From Chlorokybus atmophyticus (Eukaryota; Plantae; Mesostigma and Chlorokybus algae), in assembly GCA_009103225.1 (NCBI GenBank), contig RHPI01002568.1, positions 199,742 to 263,741 on the forward strand: a stretch of DNA of 64,000 nt. Reading direction: 5' to 3'. The translations under genes were made by a program, and so were the position numbers. Positions 48,749 to 59,648 of this stretch are shown here, piece after piece. Each line of letters starts with the position of its first letter. The stretch's first letter is position 1. The notes under the pieces were generated by a model. The model was not told the origin of the DNA, did no database searches, and saw nothing but the letters and a program-made list of their open reading frames with translations.

Positions 48749-50371
48749 TCACTGCTCAAGATTCCCGAGCGCCATTCTCGCTTGTTCCCGACAGCGTGGT
48801 TCACCATCTCGAAGCGCCTTCAGCGGTGCAACAGCCCCAGCCGCAATGATGGCCGCCACAACACTTTTGTTACCAGACGAAAGACTTTGAAGTGCTCTTA
48901 TAGCTGCAAGCTTGCATGCCGGTATGGTTGACGTGCACAGCAGCGTCACCAATGGTTTGATAGCTCCAGCCCCGCTGATTGCCAGCTGGAGCACGGTACT
49001 GCCAGCAGCAATGTCGGCGAGGGCATCAGCGGCGTGCTGCTGACATGTTGGCGTGCTCGCGTCCAACAGAGCCACAAGGGCAGCAAGGACACCAGCCCAC
49101 GCAGTGGCCGCCCTGTGGTCCGCGGTCCAGAAAGCAATATTGCTCAGGGCTCTCGCCGCCTCTTCCTGGCAAGATGAGTCGTCATCATTCAGAACAGACA
49201 CAAGCGCAGCAATGGCTCCAGATTCTATGTCGGCCGCACCGCGTGCGTGGCTGGTCAGGAAGCGGAGAGATTTCGTGGCAGCCAGTTTGCATTCTGGTGC
49301 GCTGCGAAGCAGTGATACCAGCGGCGCAATAGCTCCAGCGCTGCTTATAGACACCCTGAATTCGGCATTGTATGAAGCAATGCTACCGAGGGCTTCAGCT
49401 GCGTACTGCTGGCATCCTTTCGTTCCCGTGCTCAGCAGCGCCACGAGGGTGGGAATGGCTCCAGCCCGCGCAATGGCCGCCCTGTGGTCTGCGACATGAA
49501 CAGCAAGATTGCTCAGGGCTCTCGCCGCCTCCTCCTGGCAAGCTGGTGTGTCATCATTGAGAACCGCCACCAGAGCAGAGATGGCTACAATCTCAAGACT
49601 CGCTGCAACATCTGCATGGGTGGTCAGGATGCGGAGCGCTGTTGCAGCAGCCAACTGGCAGGCTGTTGTGCCTGCACGAAGCAGCGCCACCAGCGGCGCA
49701 ATCGCTCCGGCTGTGCTCATAGCCACTTTGTTCTCATCGTTGTCCAAAGCAAGGTTGGCAAGTGCTCTGGCTGCACGCTCCTGGCATGTTGGCGCGCCTG
49801 TGTGCAGCAGCGCTACCAGAGGGGCAATGGCTCCTGCCATGGCGATTGCCGTGTTCCAAGTGATGCTGGACTGTGCCAAGATGCCTAGCACGTCTGCTGC
49901 TCGCTTCTTGCAGTTCGCTGTACCGTTCGCTGTACCATCGTGCAAAAGTTGAACCAACTCTCCAACTGCGCCAGCTGCAGCAACGGCATCACATTCGCCA
50001 TCCACTGCCATGGCGCGCAAGGCACTCAGGGCCTTTTCTTGAATGGGCATTGACAAGCTCAGCATGAAGAGCGCACAGAGCTTGCGAGCGTCTCCTTTGC
50101 AGTGCAGGAAAAGCGTGTCTTCCATGACAATGTTACGAACCGCTGCTTGCAGAGGGGAGGCTGCTGACTCGCTCGTGCTCGTGTTGTGTGCCGTTGGTGA
50201 CAAGTCTCCGCTATGACGATTCAACCCCTGAGGGCCTGCCGAGCAGCTTGGGGCAGTTTCTGTTGGCGAGGTCGGCACCGTTGATATACTCCTGCTCTGG
50301 CGTCTTAGCGAATCTTCCAACGCGCCCCGCAGAGCGCGATTTGGGATGAGCTCGGTGGATGACAAATTCAT
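48749..50371 (-). CDS. PUB-G: ARM-only ORF (540 aa, about 10 ARM units) lacking the four-helix bundle and U-box
   Basis: Uninterrupted ORF from an ATG two bases into the ancestral last exon (acceptor before 50373) to ...MALGNLEQ*. Upstream exon 1 (50578-50513) has an in-frame TAG, and intron 1 is fused to intron 4, so exons 2-4 are deleted. Expression is unknown. Confidence 0.6.
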   Translation of the reverse strand: MNLSSTELIPNRALRGALEDSLRRQSRSISTVPTSPTETAPSCSAGPQGLNRHSGDLSPTAHNTSTSESAASPLQAAVRNIVMEDTLFLHCKGDARKLCALFMLSLSMPIQEKALSALRAMAVDGECDAVAAAGAVGELVQLLHDGTANGTANCKKRAADVLGILAQSSITWNTAIAMAGAIAPLVALLHTGAPTCQERAARALANLALDNDENKVAMSTAGAIAPLVALLRAGTTACQLAAATALRILTTHADVAASLEIVAISALVAVLNDDTPACQEEAARALSNLAVHVADHRAAIARAGAIPTLVALLSTGTKGCQQYAAEALGSIASYNAEFRVSISSAGAIAPLVSLLRSAPECKLAATKSLRFLTSHARGAADIESGAIAALVSVLNDDDSSCQEEAARALSNIAFWTADHRAATAWAGVLAALVALLDASTPTCQQHAADALADIAAGSTVLQLAISGAGAIKPLVTLLCTSTIPACKLAAIRALQSLSSGNKSVVAAIIAAGAVAPLKALRDGEPRCREQARMALGNLEQ

Positions 50372-53300
50372 TCCTGCACCGACCGGCTATAATGAGCTTG
50401 CAGCGATGTGTGCCCAGTATAACAACATCACCAAGGCCGGTTGCTGTGCAACCACAACAACGCGTATGGTGCAACCACAAGCAGTGAACTCTTACTGAAC
50501 ATAATTGCTGACCTGCTTGGCCAACTCCTAAATCAGGTCGATCGCTGTGAAGGCTGTCAATTTGGCAGCATCTGCCATGGTGACGGTCGCTCGTGGCGAA
50601 ATCAAACCGGTTCTACTAATTGTCCTTGCTTGCTTGGATTACACAAGTCCGCAATTGGCTGCTGATATTGACAGCTTGTTTGAGTACAGCGGCCTGACGC
50701 CAGCACCTGCACGCATGCTGTTGCAAAGAACCTCTTCATGGCCAGCTTGCAAGCTTGCATTTGTGCAGTGCGGCCAAGACGGCCAATCAAATAGCTGAAC
50801 AACACGTGTGTGCTCGCACATTAGCACACTTCAGTCTCACGCAAGCTGCTCACGTCAAACAAACTGCCACGAACCGGTTTGCAAAGCACGAAGCTGACCA
50901 CCACGAGCATCCATTAAGCACTAGGGACGAAAACATCCCTCTCACCCACCCACCCACCCACCCCCAGAACTAACTGCATAGAATGCAAAGCGGCATGTCC
51001 GCTGCTTTGGGACACACTCTGTCAGCAACGCGGTCCATACACAGGCACATTACAGACTAGTGCGGCACACTTACCTTGGCCAGGCAAGAGCAGAATTGGC
51101 AGCCAGCAGGTCTGTCGCGCGAGTCAGCCAAGAGCAGCCTTGTCCAACCCAAACAGCTGAGCTGGCGACCACCTCGCCTGCCTGTGCGACCTGGCCGGCG
51201 GCCTGGAAGAGGCCAGCAAGCAGGCGGGCGGAGACAGGCCAAGCCTGGCCGTCCAGCAGCAGCAGCTCTGTAAGCTTCTGCCTCTGCTGGCGCTTGAGCG
51301 ACCTGCTTGTCCATGGTCAAGCAGCGGTAGAAGCCGAGCAGGTGGCTCAACGGCGTAAAACCGCCGCCGCCGCTGAAGGCGTCCCACGTGCAGCTGACCC
51401 ACTCCTGTCAAGTCAGCCATACGTCCAAGTTGGGTCGTGTGTGCGCAGGTCCCCGGATATATGAACATGTGTGGTGATGGACAGGTACAACACATGACGC
51501 CTGAAGGCGACAGGTGTAACAGAGGTGGTTGACATGTAACATGCTGCCAAGCATGAACGGTACATGAGTCTACATGTACCGTTCATAGAGCGCATTGTAT
51601 AGTCTAACCTCGATCTAAGTATCGTTGGGTACCAACCAAGCTGTGTTTACGGCACCTTCGGTTTATGCATATAATGACTTTTGCAAGTTTAACATGCTTC
51701 AGCGCAATAGCCTAGGCAATACGTCATCGTAAACATGTATTGGCACATGAATGTTCATGCATGAGTCTATGCGAATGTGTAGTACATATAAACACGTATA
51801 TGTATGAGTCAGTACACATGGACAATATTGTGACATGCACTTCAACATTTTCGCGCTTGTTGTCATCACAAATGGCAATTATGGGGTGTGCTTATATCGA
51901 GTGTAATGATGCTTGAATGCGAGAGTAATTAGTCATCAACATTTGATTCTATACAAATGCTTTAATATTTTTACTTGAGTTGTGTTCAAGGCAAGTGCGT
52001 TTGATTACAAGGAGGCTGGACTGTCTTGAAATGTCGTTGCAGCATTCATTTGATGCGAAGCATGTGTATAAGCACATCTCGGGTATCCAAAAATGTGCTT
52101 TTCGTAATGTATACATGCATATTAAAATGCGCGTTATATATACATATATATACATATGTATATATAATGCGCATCTGTCGCCAACAGCCTCGTTGTATAT
52201 GTACACAAACGGTGCTTACAACAACAAAAAAAAAGTGTCAAGATTTACGCTGTACAAGTTATGAGTATTATGTGTACATACGTATTGATGTATGTGTTAA
52301 CACTTGAAAGTCGCCATCTCTGCATCCACCATGAGTGGTTTGACAGTGCTCAGATGAAATGTGCAAGTGCCTTTATATATTCAACTTATGACATGAAATG
52401 TGCAGGTGCTTACATACATCAGACTATGTCTAACGTACCATCATAAAACACTGCATGCCAACTTGTGTAGCTAAGGCAATCGCCACGTTATCAATAAAAA
52501 TTCAAAAATTTTTTAGATTGTGCTTTAAGATAACATGCTTATAAAAAGCTTGAACCATAATAAATTTGCTCAACAACAAGCAATGCGTGTATGCACATGG
52601 TATTTGTTGCCCCCAATAAAGCTTTCGTACATTTACAGCTCGCTATTCTTTAAATTACTACTCATGATTGTAAAGCTGAGTGGCTCATGCGCGCGTGCGT
52701 GCGTGCGTGCGTGTGATACGATGTTACATGGCTCTTCCCCATGTATGGAACCGCGAAGACTTAACGTTTGCTCATGGCCGGGAATGAGGAGGGGGGAGAA
52801 GGGGGGGGGGGGGGGGGGGNTGCGACGTGGCACTGCGTTGCATATTGCAATAGACACAGTGATCTCGACTCTATGTAGAAGTGTGATGCTTGCCACTTTA
52901 TGGTTGACACATGTGTATAGACGGCCTCATCTGGGATGAATATCTGGACAATCAAGGTCTTTGCCTACACACATTATATGCAGGCACTGCGTCAAACACG
53001 TGTCGCCTTCAGGGGCTTCAGGTCAGTGAGACTCTGCATAGCCAACACATGACGCCGCGTCATGTCTCATGTGTTGGCTATGCAGAGTATGTGTTGTTGT
53101 TCGTATATCCCGGGAGTACGGCAGCAGCGCACATGACCCAGTGTGGCTGATTGACGGAGTAGGTCAGCTGCACGTGGGGCGGCCTTCAGCGGCGGCGGCG
53201 GTTTCGCCGTTGAGCCACCTGCTCGGCTACTCCTCATTGACCATGGACAGGCAGTCCGCGCAGGCACCAGCAGAGGCAGAAGCTTACAGCGCTGCTGCTG

Positions 53301-53394
53301 CTGCTGGACGGCCAGGCTTGGCCTATCTACGCCCGCCTGCTGGCTGGCCTCCTCCAGGCCACCGGCCAGATCGCACAGGCAGGGGAGGTCACCA

Positions 53395-53593
53395 GCTCAG
53401 CTGGTTGGGTTGGATAAGGCTGCTTTCTATTCAGTCGCATAGCTGCTGGCCAACTCTGCTGTTGCCTGACCGTGGTGAGTGTGCCACAGCAATATGCTTG
53501 CTCAGCTGGTTGGGTTGGATAAGGCTGCTTTCTATTCAGTCGCATAGCTGCTGGCCAACTCTGCTGTTGCCTGACCGTGGTGAGTGTGCCACA
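53395..53593 (+). repeat. 105-bp-period tandem duplication in the PUB-H leader exon, duplicating its splice donor
   Basis: 53395-53488 and 53500-53593 are identical 94-bp blocks, each containing GTGAGT. Confidence 0.9.
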
Positions 53594-54023
53594 CTAATAT
53601 TCTTGTATTTGGACCGGTTGCATTTGTGAAACGTGTTCTGAAGCAGCGGCTTAGCATGCTGCGCAATAAGTTAGTGCGGAACGCTCTCGTGAGGTTAGTG
53701 CTTGATCGAATTGCCCGTGATATCAGCTGCATGCTTGGCAAGTTGATTGGTGGCAGTTAGTCTCAAGTAAGCAGCTTGCGCGAGACTGACGTTTGCCAGT
53801 GTGCGAGCACACGAGTGTATTCTTCAGCTGTTTGCAGTCTTGGCTGCACGGCACAGATGCAAGCTGGCCATCAAGTGCAGATTTACAACACATGTGTGCA
53901 GGTGCTGGCGTCAGGCCGCTGTAGTCAACAGAGCTGTCAACTTCAGTCCATCGCAGACTTCTTGTGATCAAGCAAGGGCAATCCCTAGGACTGCTCTCAG
54001 TTCTCCACGAAAGCAGCATCACC

Positions 54024-57000
54024 ATGGCGGATGCTGCTTTCTCTGCAGCCTTCACGGCGGTCAACTTGATTATGGAGTTGGCATCGCAGGTCAGCGATTC
54101 TGCTCACAGCATGCACCTGTAGCGCTTATGTTGTAGTTGCACGATTGCTAGCCAGCACTTAACCATCATTGAACTTTTTGTGGCAAGTGCATCACACACG
54201 CTGGCGTGTACACGCATATGCTTCCAGAAGCGCGTATGTGCACATATGCTTGCATGCACACGCACAAGCAGATGCAGATGCACGGAAGGTGAATCACACA
54301 CGCCCGCAAGGAACATGGAAACCCACATTTGCAAGGGCGCTGCCTTCCCCGCACCTCCCCCCCATGCCTTCGTGTTCACGCACGCACGCACGCGCACACA
54401 CACACAACTAAGTTGTCACAAAGTGGGACAGTAAGCTGCATCGTTGGACGCTAATTCGTGCTTTTATGCCTTCGATAGGGAGCATGACTTGTACCCGTTA
54501 GACACCGCAAGTGTAAAGTAAGCGGTGTAAGCAGTGTAAAGTACAAAGTCAGCTCTGTGCTCAAATTTTAATGCTAACACAGACTTCAACATTCCTTGTG
54601 GTTGTCTGCAACATCACTGCTCAAGATTCCCGAGCGCCATTCTCGCTTGTTCCCGACAGCGTGGTTCACCATCTCGAAGCGCCTTCAGCGGTGCAACAGC
54701 CCCAGCCGCAATGATGGCNGCACTTCTTGGAGTCTCTTCAGAAGCAATGCGTCGGGGACAGCTCTGTCAGCATGCCATCGCTCACCTCACTCAATCAGTC
54801 CCTGCAACGCTCTGTGGAAGCAGTTTACCAGTGCCAAAGTACAAGCATCTACTCTTTACTGTGGAACAACAACAAAGTCACTGACCGCCTCAATGGCTGC
54901 TTGCAAGTCAGTGACTTGACAACTTGGACGCTCGTTGTGCTTCTTTTATCTACAACATTCTTTGGAGCACTAACTATCATTGCATTTCCGCCAGGACATT
55001 GAAAGCAGCTTGAACAGCCTCGACCTTGCTGGCCTGAACAATGCAGATGGGACGCGGGGGCTGCTGACTTTCATTGCACATGAGCTAAAGGTGCACTTCA
55101 ATGCGTGAAGATGACGTTGATTTTACACCTATAACGTGATTTTAAGCCAGGACACCAAGCTGGTGGTGGCTGCAGAGGACGCAACGGTGGCAGAGGACGT
55201 GCGCGCGCTTGCACAAGCTGCTCAGGCTAGCAAGCGACAGCTGGAACATATGTTGAGCGGCATGGGCGACCTCGCTTGCCTTAAGCAAGACATTGCCTGC
55301 ATGACCAGAAGGAATCAAGCCCAGTCCCCAAGCACAGACACAGAGCTATTGGAGCTAGACTATTTGACACAGGTTGTTGCCGTGCTCGACGAGGTGGCAT
55401 CCACCCACAGCGCTATTGATGCGAAGGAGCAGGCTGTGGAGTTGGGGCCGTTAGAGGGCTTCATTTGTCCGTTATCGCTGGACATCATGAGGGACCCGGT
55501 GATCATAACAGGATCTGGTCAAACATGCCAGCGCACATTGGCAGAGCATTGGTTCGCTGCTGGCAATACCACGTGCCCTATCACAGGTTAGTGTGCTAGA
55601 GTGCAGCTGTGTATTAGCAGTGAGCAAGCGGCCTTGGTGTTGTAAATTACAACTTGTAATACTGAGCACGATACATTGTACACGCATGATGCCAATTGGT
55701 GCTCACTGGTGCAGGTGTACAACTATCATCGGCCCAGCTCATCCCGAACTACGCACTGCGGGGTGCTGTTGAGGATTGGCTGAACCGTCGAAGCACAATT
55801 ACGTCACCGGCAACCTCCCCAACAACAGGTGGTGCAAGCGTCTCAGCGCCCCCCCAGGGCTCAAATCAAAGCGGTAACTTTCTAGCAGCGCTCGGCACAA
55901 GCGTGTTAGCGCTTTATCAGGTGCAAGCAGCCCGTAGTACCCCTGCGTCTGAGGATGAGATTGTGTTGCAAAGCAGAGGGGACGCTCGCAAGCTCTGTGC
56001 GCTCGTGCAGCCGGGCATGTCCATGTCCATCTAAGTTAAAGCCCTGAGCGCATTGCGCATCATGGCAGTGAATGGGCAACATGCTGCCGTTGCTGAAGCT
56101 GGTGCCGTTGCCAAATTGATTGGTCTGTTGCGTGATGGTACAGCGACCTGCAAGGCGCGAGCAGCAGACATTTTGTGCATATTGGCCCGGTCAAGCACCA
56201 CCTCAAACACGGCAATTACCACGGCAGGAGCCATTGCCCCTCTCGTGACGCTGCTGCAGTCAGGCACACCGACATGCCAGGAGCATGCAGCAGAAGCACT
56301 AGGCACCCTGGCTTGTAACAGTGAGGAAAACCAGGTGGCTATAAACAGGGCTGGAGCTATTGCACCGCTAGTGGCACTACTTCGTCCAGGCACAACAGCA
56401 AGCAAGTTGGCTGCTATGACAGCGCTCCGCGTCCTGACCACCTATAAACATGCGGCGATTGTTGAGGTTGGAGCCATTTCTGCTCTGGTGACGGTTCTAA
56501 ATGATGACACATCAGCTTGCCAAGAAGAAGCGGCGAGGGCGCTGAGCAATCTAGGTGAACATGTCGCAGACTATAAGGCGGCCATTGCGCGCGCTGGAGC
56601 CATTCCTATCCTTGTGGCCATGCTGAACAGGAGCACGTCAGAAGGCCAGCTAATTGCAGCGCGCTCTCTGCAACCTTGCTTATAGCTATGAGAACAAGGT
56701 GGCTATCTGCAGGGCTGGAGGTATCGGGCTGCTGGTCGCGTTGCTCCACATAACAAACGCACCAGTACTGAAACAGGCTTCTCTGAGAGCGCTCGAGATT
56801 CTCATTGGCAATGACAAAAATACTGCTGCGGACACGGTTGAGGCAGGGGTTGCACCGCTAGTGGCACTTCTTGACAACGAGGACGTGACCTGCCAAGCGT
56901 GCGCAGCAGGTGTTCTGAGTTTACTTGTCAAGAGAAGTGCACTCAGCTGGACTGCCATTGCACAAGCTGGCGCCATTCCTGCCCTCGTGGCTATGCTGAG

Positions 57001-57406
57001 TGCGAGCAGCACGCCAACATGCCAGCAGTGCGCCGCTGAGGCCCTCGCCAACATAGCTCTTATCAACACCAAGATCAAGGTGGCAATCAGCGAGGCTGGG
57101 GCTATCAGGCCGTTGGTGAATCTACTTTGCAACTCAAGCACACCGCAATGCAAGTGTGCAGCTATCCGAGCACTTCGATTTCTTTCCAGCAACTGTGACC
57201 TTGGTGTTGTGGCGGCAATTATTGAAGCTGGGGCCGTTGCTCCGATGAAGGCGATTCGGGATGGCAAAGAAAGCGGTTGGTCACAGGCAGCAAGAGTGCT
57301 AAAAAACCTTGGCCTAGTGTCAGAAAGTCAACGTCTGCCAGGTGGACATTCCCTACGCTGGAGACCCTCTGCGTTTACATTGCGGAGAGAGAGGATGCAG
57401 CAGTAG
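54024..57406 (+). pseudogene. PUB-H: four-helix-bundle - U-box - ARM probable pseudogene, about 10 ARM units
   Basis: Exon 1 at 54024-54089; exon 2 start missing at the N at 54719, remainder to 54906; exons 54995-55090, 55151-55586 (U-box FICPLSLDIMRDPV) and 55715 onward. CAA>TAA nonsense at 56032-56034; frameshift near 56660. Confidence 0.85.
54361..54718 (+). repeat. 358-bp apparently identical copy of 48496-48853 (PUB-G 3' end and flank); probable assembly artefact
   Basis: The sequences match base for base as far as I can read. The copy begins at a poly-C tract, ends at a single N (54719), and replaces the expected start of PUB-H exon 2. Confidence 0.8.
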
Positions 57407-59648
57407 CAGCGATTTGAGCTGCAGCTTACATCATGTGATGCTCATCGGTGATGCTAAGAGAGGGTCAGCAGCATGCGCGAGAAGAGCGCTCAGTTGCGGC
57501 TGATGAGGTTAGGTAGGCTGCAACTTATTAGAGCTAGTGGTGCCTGATGTTGCGCAGGGCAATGATAAATGCAGTCTAATAGCCATTGCTGGGTGATAAT
57601 CAATAGAGCGCGCGCTATGGCAGAGATGCAACAGTGTAAAAGACGATTGCTGTTGGTAATGTGAGCTGCGTAGATCAGCTGCTACACTAGACACACACAG
57701 TGACTTCGATTGAGTTTCATTTTGTTGCCGTATACTGTCTGCTTATCATATGCGGTCTTTACCGCTTGCTCCAACTCCAACACCCTCCACACTGATTACA
57801 CACAAGTATGAACAGTAGTGGAAGCTAGTGTCACGTTAATGATATCGCATACTGGTGTGCATGGCGTGTAGAAGGGGACCAGCCGGGAAGGGGGGCATGA
57901 GCAGACCAACATGTCAAACTCAACAACACATCATTGGCAAAGCCAACAGTAGAAACTCCACTCCGCCTGCGAACGCACAAAGTACACGACTTACAAGTCT
58001 GGCTTCTTGCTCCTATATGCACTTATTTTACTAAGTAAATACCACGCATCAGGCGGACACCAGGATGCTCATTGGGACATTTCTGTTGGAGATTCTGAGT
58101 GCTGCTCTCATCTTATGTGAGTGAAATGAGCAACGCTTTGTAGTCACAGCAGCCCTTATTGAATTCCGGGTGCACGTTCATGGTTGGGCAGGCGCGGGGC
58201 TGGCGGACACCTGCAGCAGCGCTTCTTGATAATGAGGTCTGCATAAATACTACTACGGTGCTGTGTATGGGTTACGGTAGATGAACATATGTGTTGGCGT
58301 GGAGGTGTGTAATGAGTCAGGTGTAAGTTTGGCTGTTCACAAGGACAACGTAAGTGCAATGTCAAGGATGCAGCCGAGTGCAACCGTGTCATGCACGTCA
58401 TTCCAAAGTACTCCGCCTGTCTGTGTGTTATGTGCCTATGATTGTGGTGTGCAGAAAAGCACACAATGTTCCCTCGTAGTCTGTAATACACGCACATTCC
58501 GTGTTCAGGTGTGCACAATCTCCGTGGGCTGCGCCACGCTGGCACATCCCCTACACTTTATACTTGCTCATTGCAAAAAAGCTATCCCACACCGCCACTT
58601 GACAGCTGTGCCTCGACAAACTGCATGCACATACACCCACGTAATATGTGTGTGCATTTGCGCGCTATCGCATGCGCATACCGGTGTGCAAGGCATACGT
58701 GCGCACGTGCACGTGTTGCGTGTCATGCATAACATAACAGTGGCACTCTGCGTCACGCAGAGTGCCACTGTTATGTTGCACACGGTGTGCAAGCTCAGCA
58801 GGCTGGTCTATCCTATAGCCTTGTTGCATCTTGATCACTGCTGCTGAGCTTCGCCAAACTCACACTTCGCACATCAATGGCTATATCCAGTTCAGACTCT
58901 GCACTTTGGCCGCAAGCCGCCAATAGACGTGTGGAGGAGGTACTGGTAGATATTGTCTGACTGCTGTTGTCACTACAAGCTTTGAGCATGAGGTTGAATA
59001 ACCACGCAAACAAGTCTCTGTTCAAGTGACTTGTGCGGCAGTGAGTGTTACAACGGTGTGCTTGCTGATTGCCAGTGCATGGAAGCTGCATGCAACAGCG
59101 CTGCGCACGCATTAACTTGAAGGTAGCTGTCTGCGTCTACTTCAATGGCGCATACACGTTGCAAAAACACCTTGTGTAGTGCATGATTTTACAGGCAGTT
59201 CAGGCACGAGTTTTCTTGAGCACTGGGCGGCATTATACTCTAGATTGGTCCATACGTACATCGGCATGTGAAGCATTGGCGCACACAAAAGGGAGTTGTC
59301 AATACCGTATTGAGAACCCATACACGCAACAGTTTTCCAGTCATTGCAATCAGTGACAGTCAACGCGCAGTAAGGTGTACCGGGACACAGTCCATCATGA
59401 GGGGGATTGTGCGTGAATGGCACAACGGTAGCATTACGTGTTCTTTACCTCACGACATACTTGCTGCTTTGCTCAGTGTGTACCCTGCATGTGCACACCA
59501 CACGAGGAGTCCTCATCGAAACCAATTGCATGCAAGCGTGCAGGTGAGCCGCACTACTTGAGCTATATGGCAACTCTCTTCTGCACTATCACTCTTGTTC
59601 GTGCAATGCTTAACGCTTTCAACGAGATTAGTAACCAAAAGAGGTCAC

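Noticed and set aside
59142-59423. Separate minus-strand gene (WTNLEY...VPEL) shared with 11548-11832, or further exons of the MGGCMS gene
   Set aside because: I found no phase-compatible splice path, and plus-strand ARM-fossil readings fit about as well. Left as unresolved in the findings.
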